A DNA stretch of 64,000 nucleotides from Asterionella formosa (Eukaryota), in contig NKIB01012336.1 of NCBI GenBank assembly GCA_002256025.1, positions 1 to 64,000 on the forward strand, given 5' to 3'. Each line of letters opens with the position of its first letter. Position 1 is the stretch's first letter. The translations under genes were made by a program, and so were the position numbers. Of this stretch, positions 62,970 to 64,000 are shown one piece after another. The notes under the pieces were generated by a model. The model was not told the DNA's origin, ran no database searches, and was given only the letters and a program-made list of their open reading frames with translations.

Positions 62970-63674
62970 CGAACTATAGCATACTATAAATAAGGCTATT
63001 CAAAAATCATGTTCTATGCAATACAAGGTAATGCAACCAGGGCCGATTCATTCTCTTATCTGCAATCAATTTTCACCATTCCTTCATGAAGGAGTGACCA
63101 TGGAAAGCCTTTCAAACAACCTCTCTTATTGGGTCATGGAAGTGCAATGACAATGAACTGAGAAATAGGAAGGCTATAATCTGCTATTACTTTATGTACA
63201 AATGCTTGATAACATGTATATTAAACATGACAAACGCCATCAACTTTCTCCAACCACTCTCATTGCCTGTGACATTATTGACAAAACCAGCCATGACACC
63301 CTCTCAATTAATTCAGTAGTTCGATACTGTCTCAGTATTTTATACAACACCAAATTTTGATACATTCTTGTGATTCGAATGGATATTGGGTGAAGGTTCC
63401 TTGGCTGTCTATATTCCTCCAGAAATCAGTTATCAATCCTGGAAGTCTGGGCATGGTATTCTCATCAACCACAAGGAGTTGCCTTGTGCAGTGCCTCATG
63501 CAGCTTGGAAAGCAACAGCTTCATGAACTCAAATACTGATAGTATTGCAATGCTTGTATTATTCACATGTTGTTCAGTGGATGGCAAAACCCTTTCAGTT
63601 AGTCATTTTTGGTACTTTAGAAATAGCTATATATGTAAACCACATTTCTTCATTATTCTCAAGGGTACCAGAGG

Positions 63675-64000
63675 TACCAGCAAGTTGCAGTTATTTTGCC
63701 GAAACTGAAATTTGGCGCCAGCAGACACTCAAATTCGAATCCTCCGGTTGAATAAATTCGACATATAGAAATTCCTAACGGTTTTTCGCTGGCCAGTTAA
63801 TTCAATTTTAACAAAATCTAATTTTAAAGAATGATTTTCTGAAAAAACCAGTTTCTGGACCTTGCTACATTTGGGGGGGGGGGTTCCCTCCAATCTCAAT
63901 TCTGAGTGTTGACATTCCTTATTCCAGTATTCTCCTTGTTAACATGCATTTCATAGACTACTACAAGGGAATGGCTCAGTTGGTTGGGCACATTGCATTT
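63675..64000. mobile_element. Left terminus of a DNA transposon with the family-A TIR, extending out of the window
   Basis: TA-CCAGCAAGTTGCAGTTATTTTGC start; inverted match to 41651-41851. Confidence 0.7.

Noticed and set aside
62970..63400. TPP riboswitch aptamer downstream of tenA
   Set aside because: A CTGAGA occurs near 63158, but the ACCTGAT and TAATxCCxGCG core and pairing stems are not visible. An Infernal RF00059 scan would settle it.

Overview
Eukaryotic, intron-containing genomic DNA, most likely from a diatom. This rests on a CoDi-like Ty1/copia element, a silaffin-like gene and short GT-AG introns; it is an inference, not a database result. Intact-looking genes encode an FHA protein, succinyl-CoA ligase beta, ARL2, SRP receptor beta, an SLC38-type amino-acid transporter, two ankyrin proteins, a membrane-anchored S1 protease, PP2C, a class-3 lipase, a doubled calflagin-like EF-hand protein, a sulfotransferase, an ER membrane protein, a DNAJC25-like protein and TenA. 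Among them lie two LTR-bounded Ty1/copia elements, a nested solo-LTR-like insert, a hAT derivative, a ~100-bp MITE family and other TE debris. Highlights: (1) a six-exon gene, seen only as scattered fragments in the ORF track, that splices into a 115-aa secreted silaffin-like precursor with two RXL sites and many KXXK motifs; (2) a locally duplicated S1 protease with a non-trypsin Gly189/Asp226 (brachyurin-like) pocket, one copy disabled; (3) decayed copies of normally single-copy genes (SMU1, and a DAP3/MRPS29-like gene split by a copia insertion); (4) apparent 6-bp target-site duplications and non-canonical PBS regions in both copia elements. All calls come from manual reading; no searches were run.
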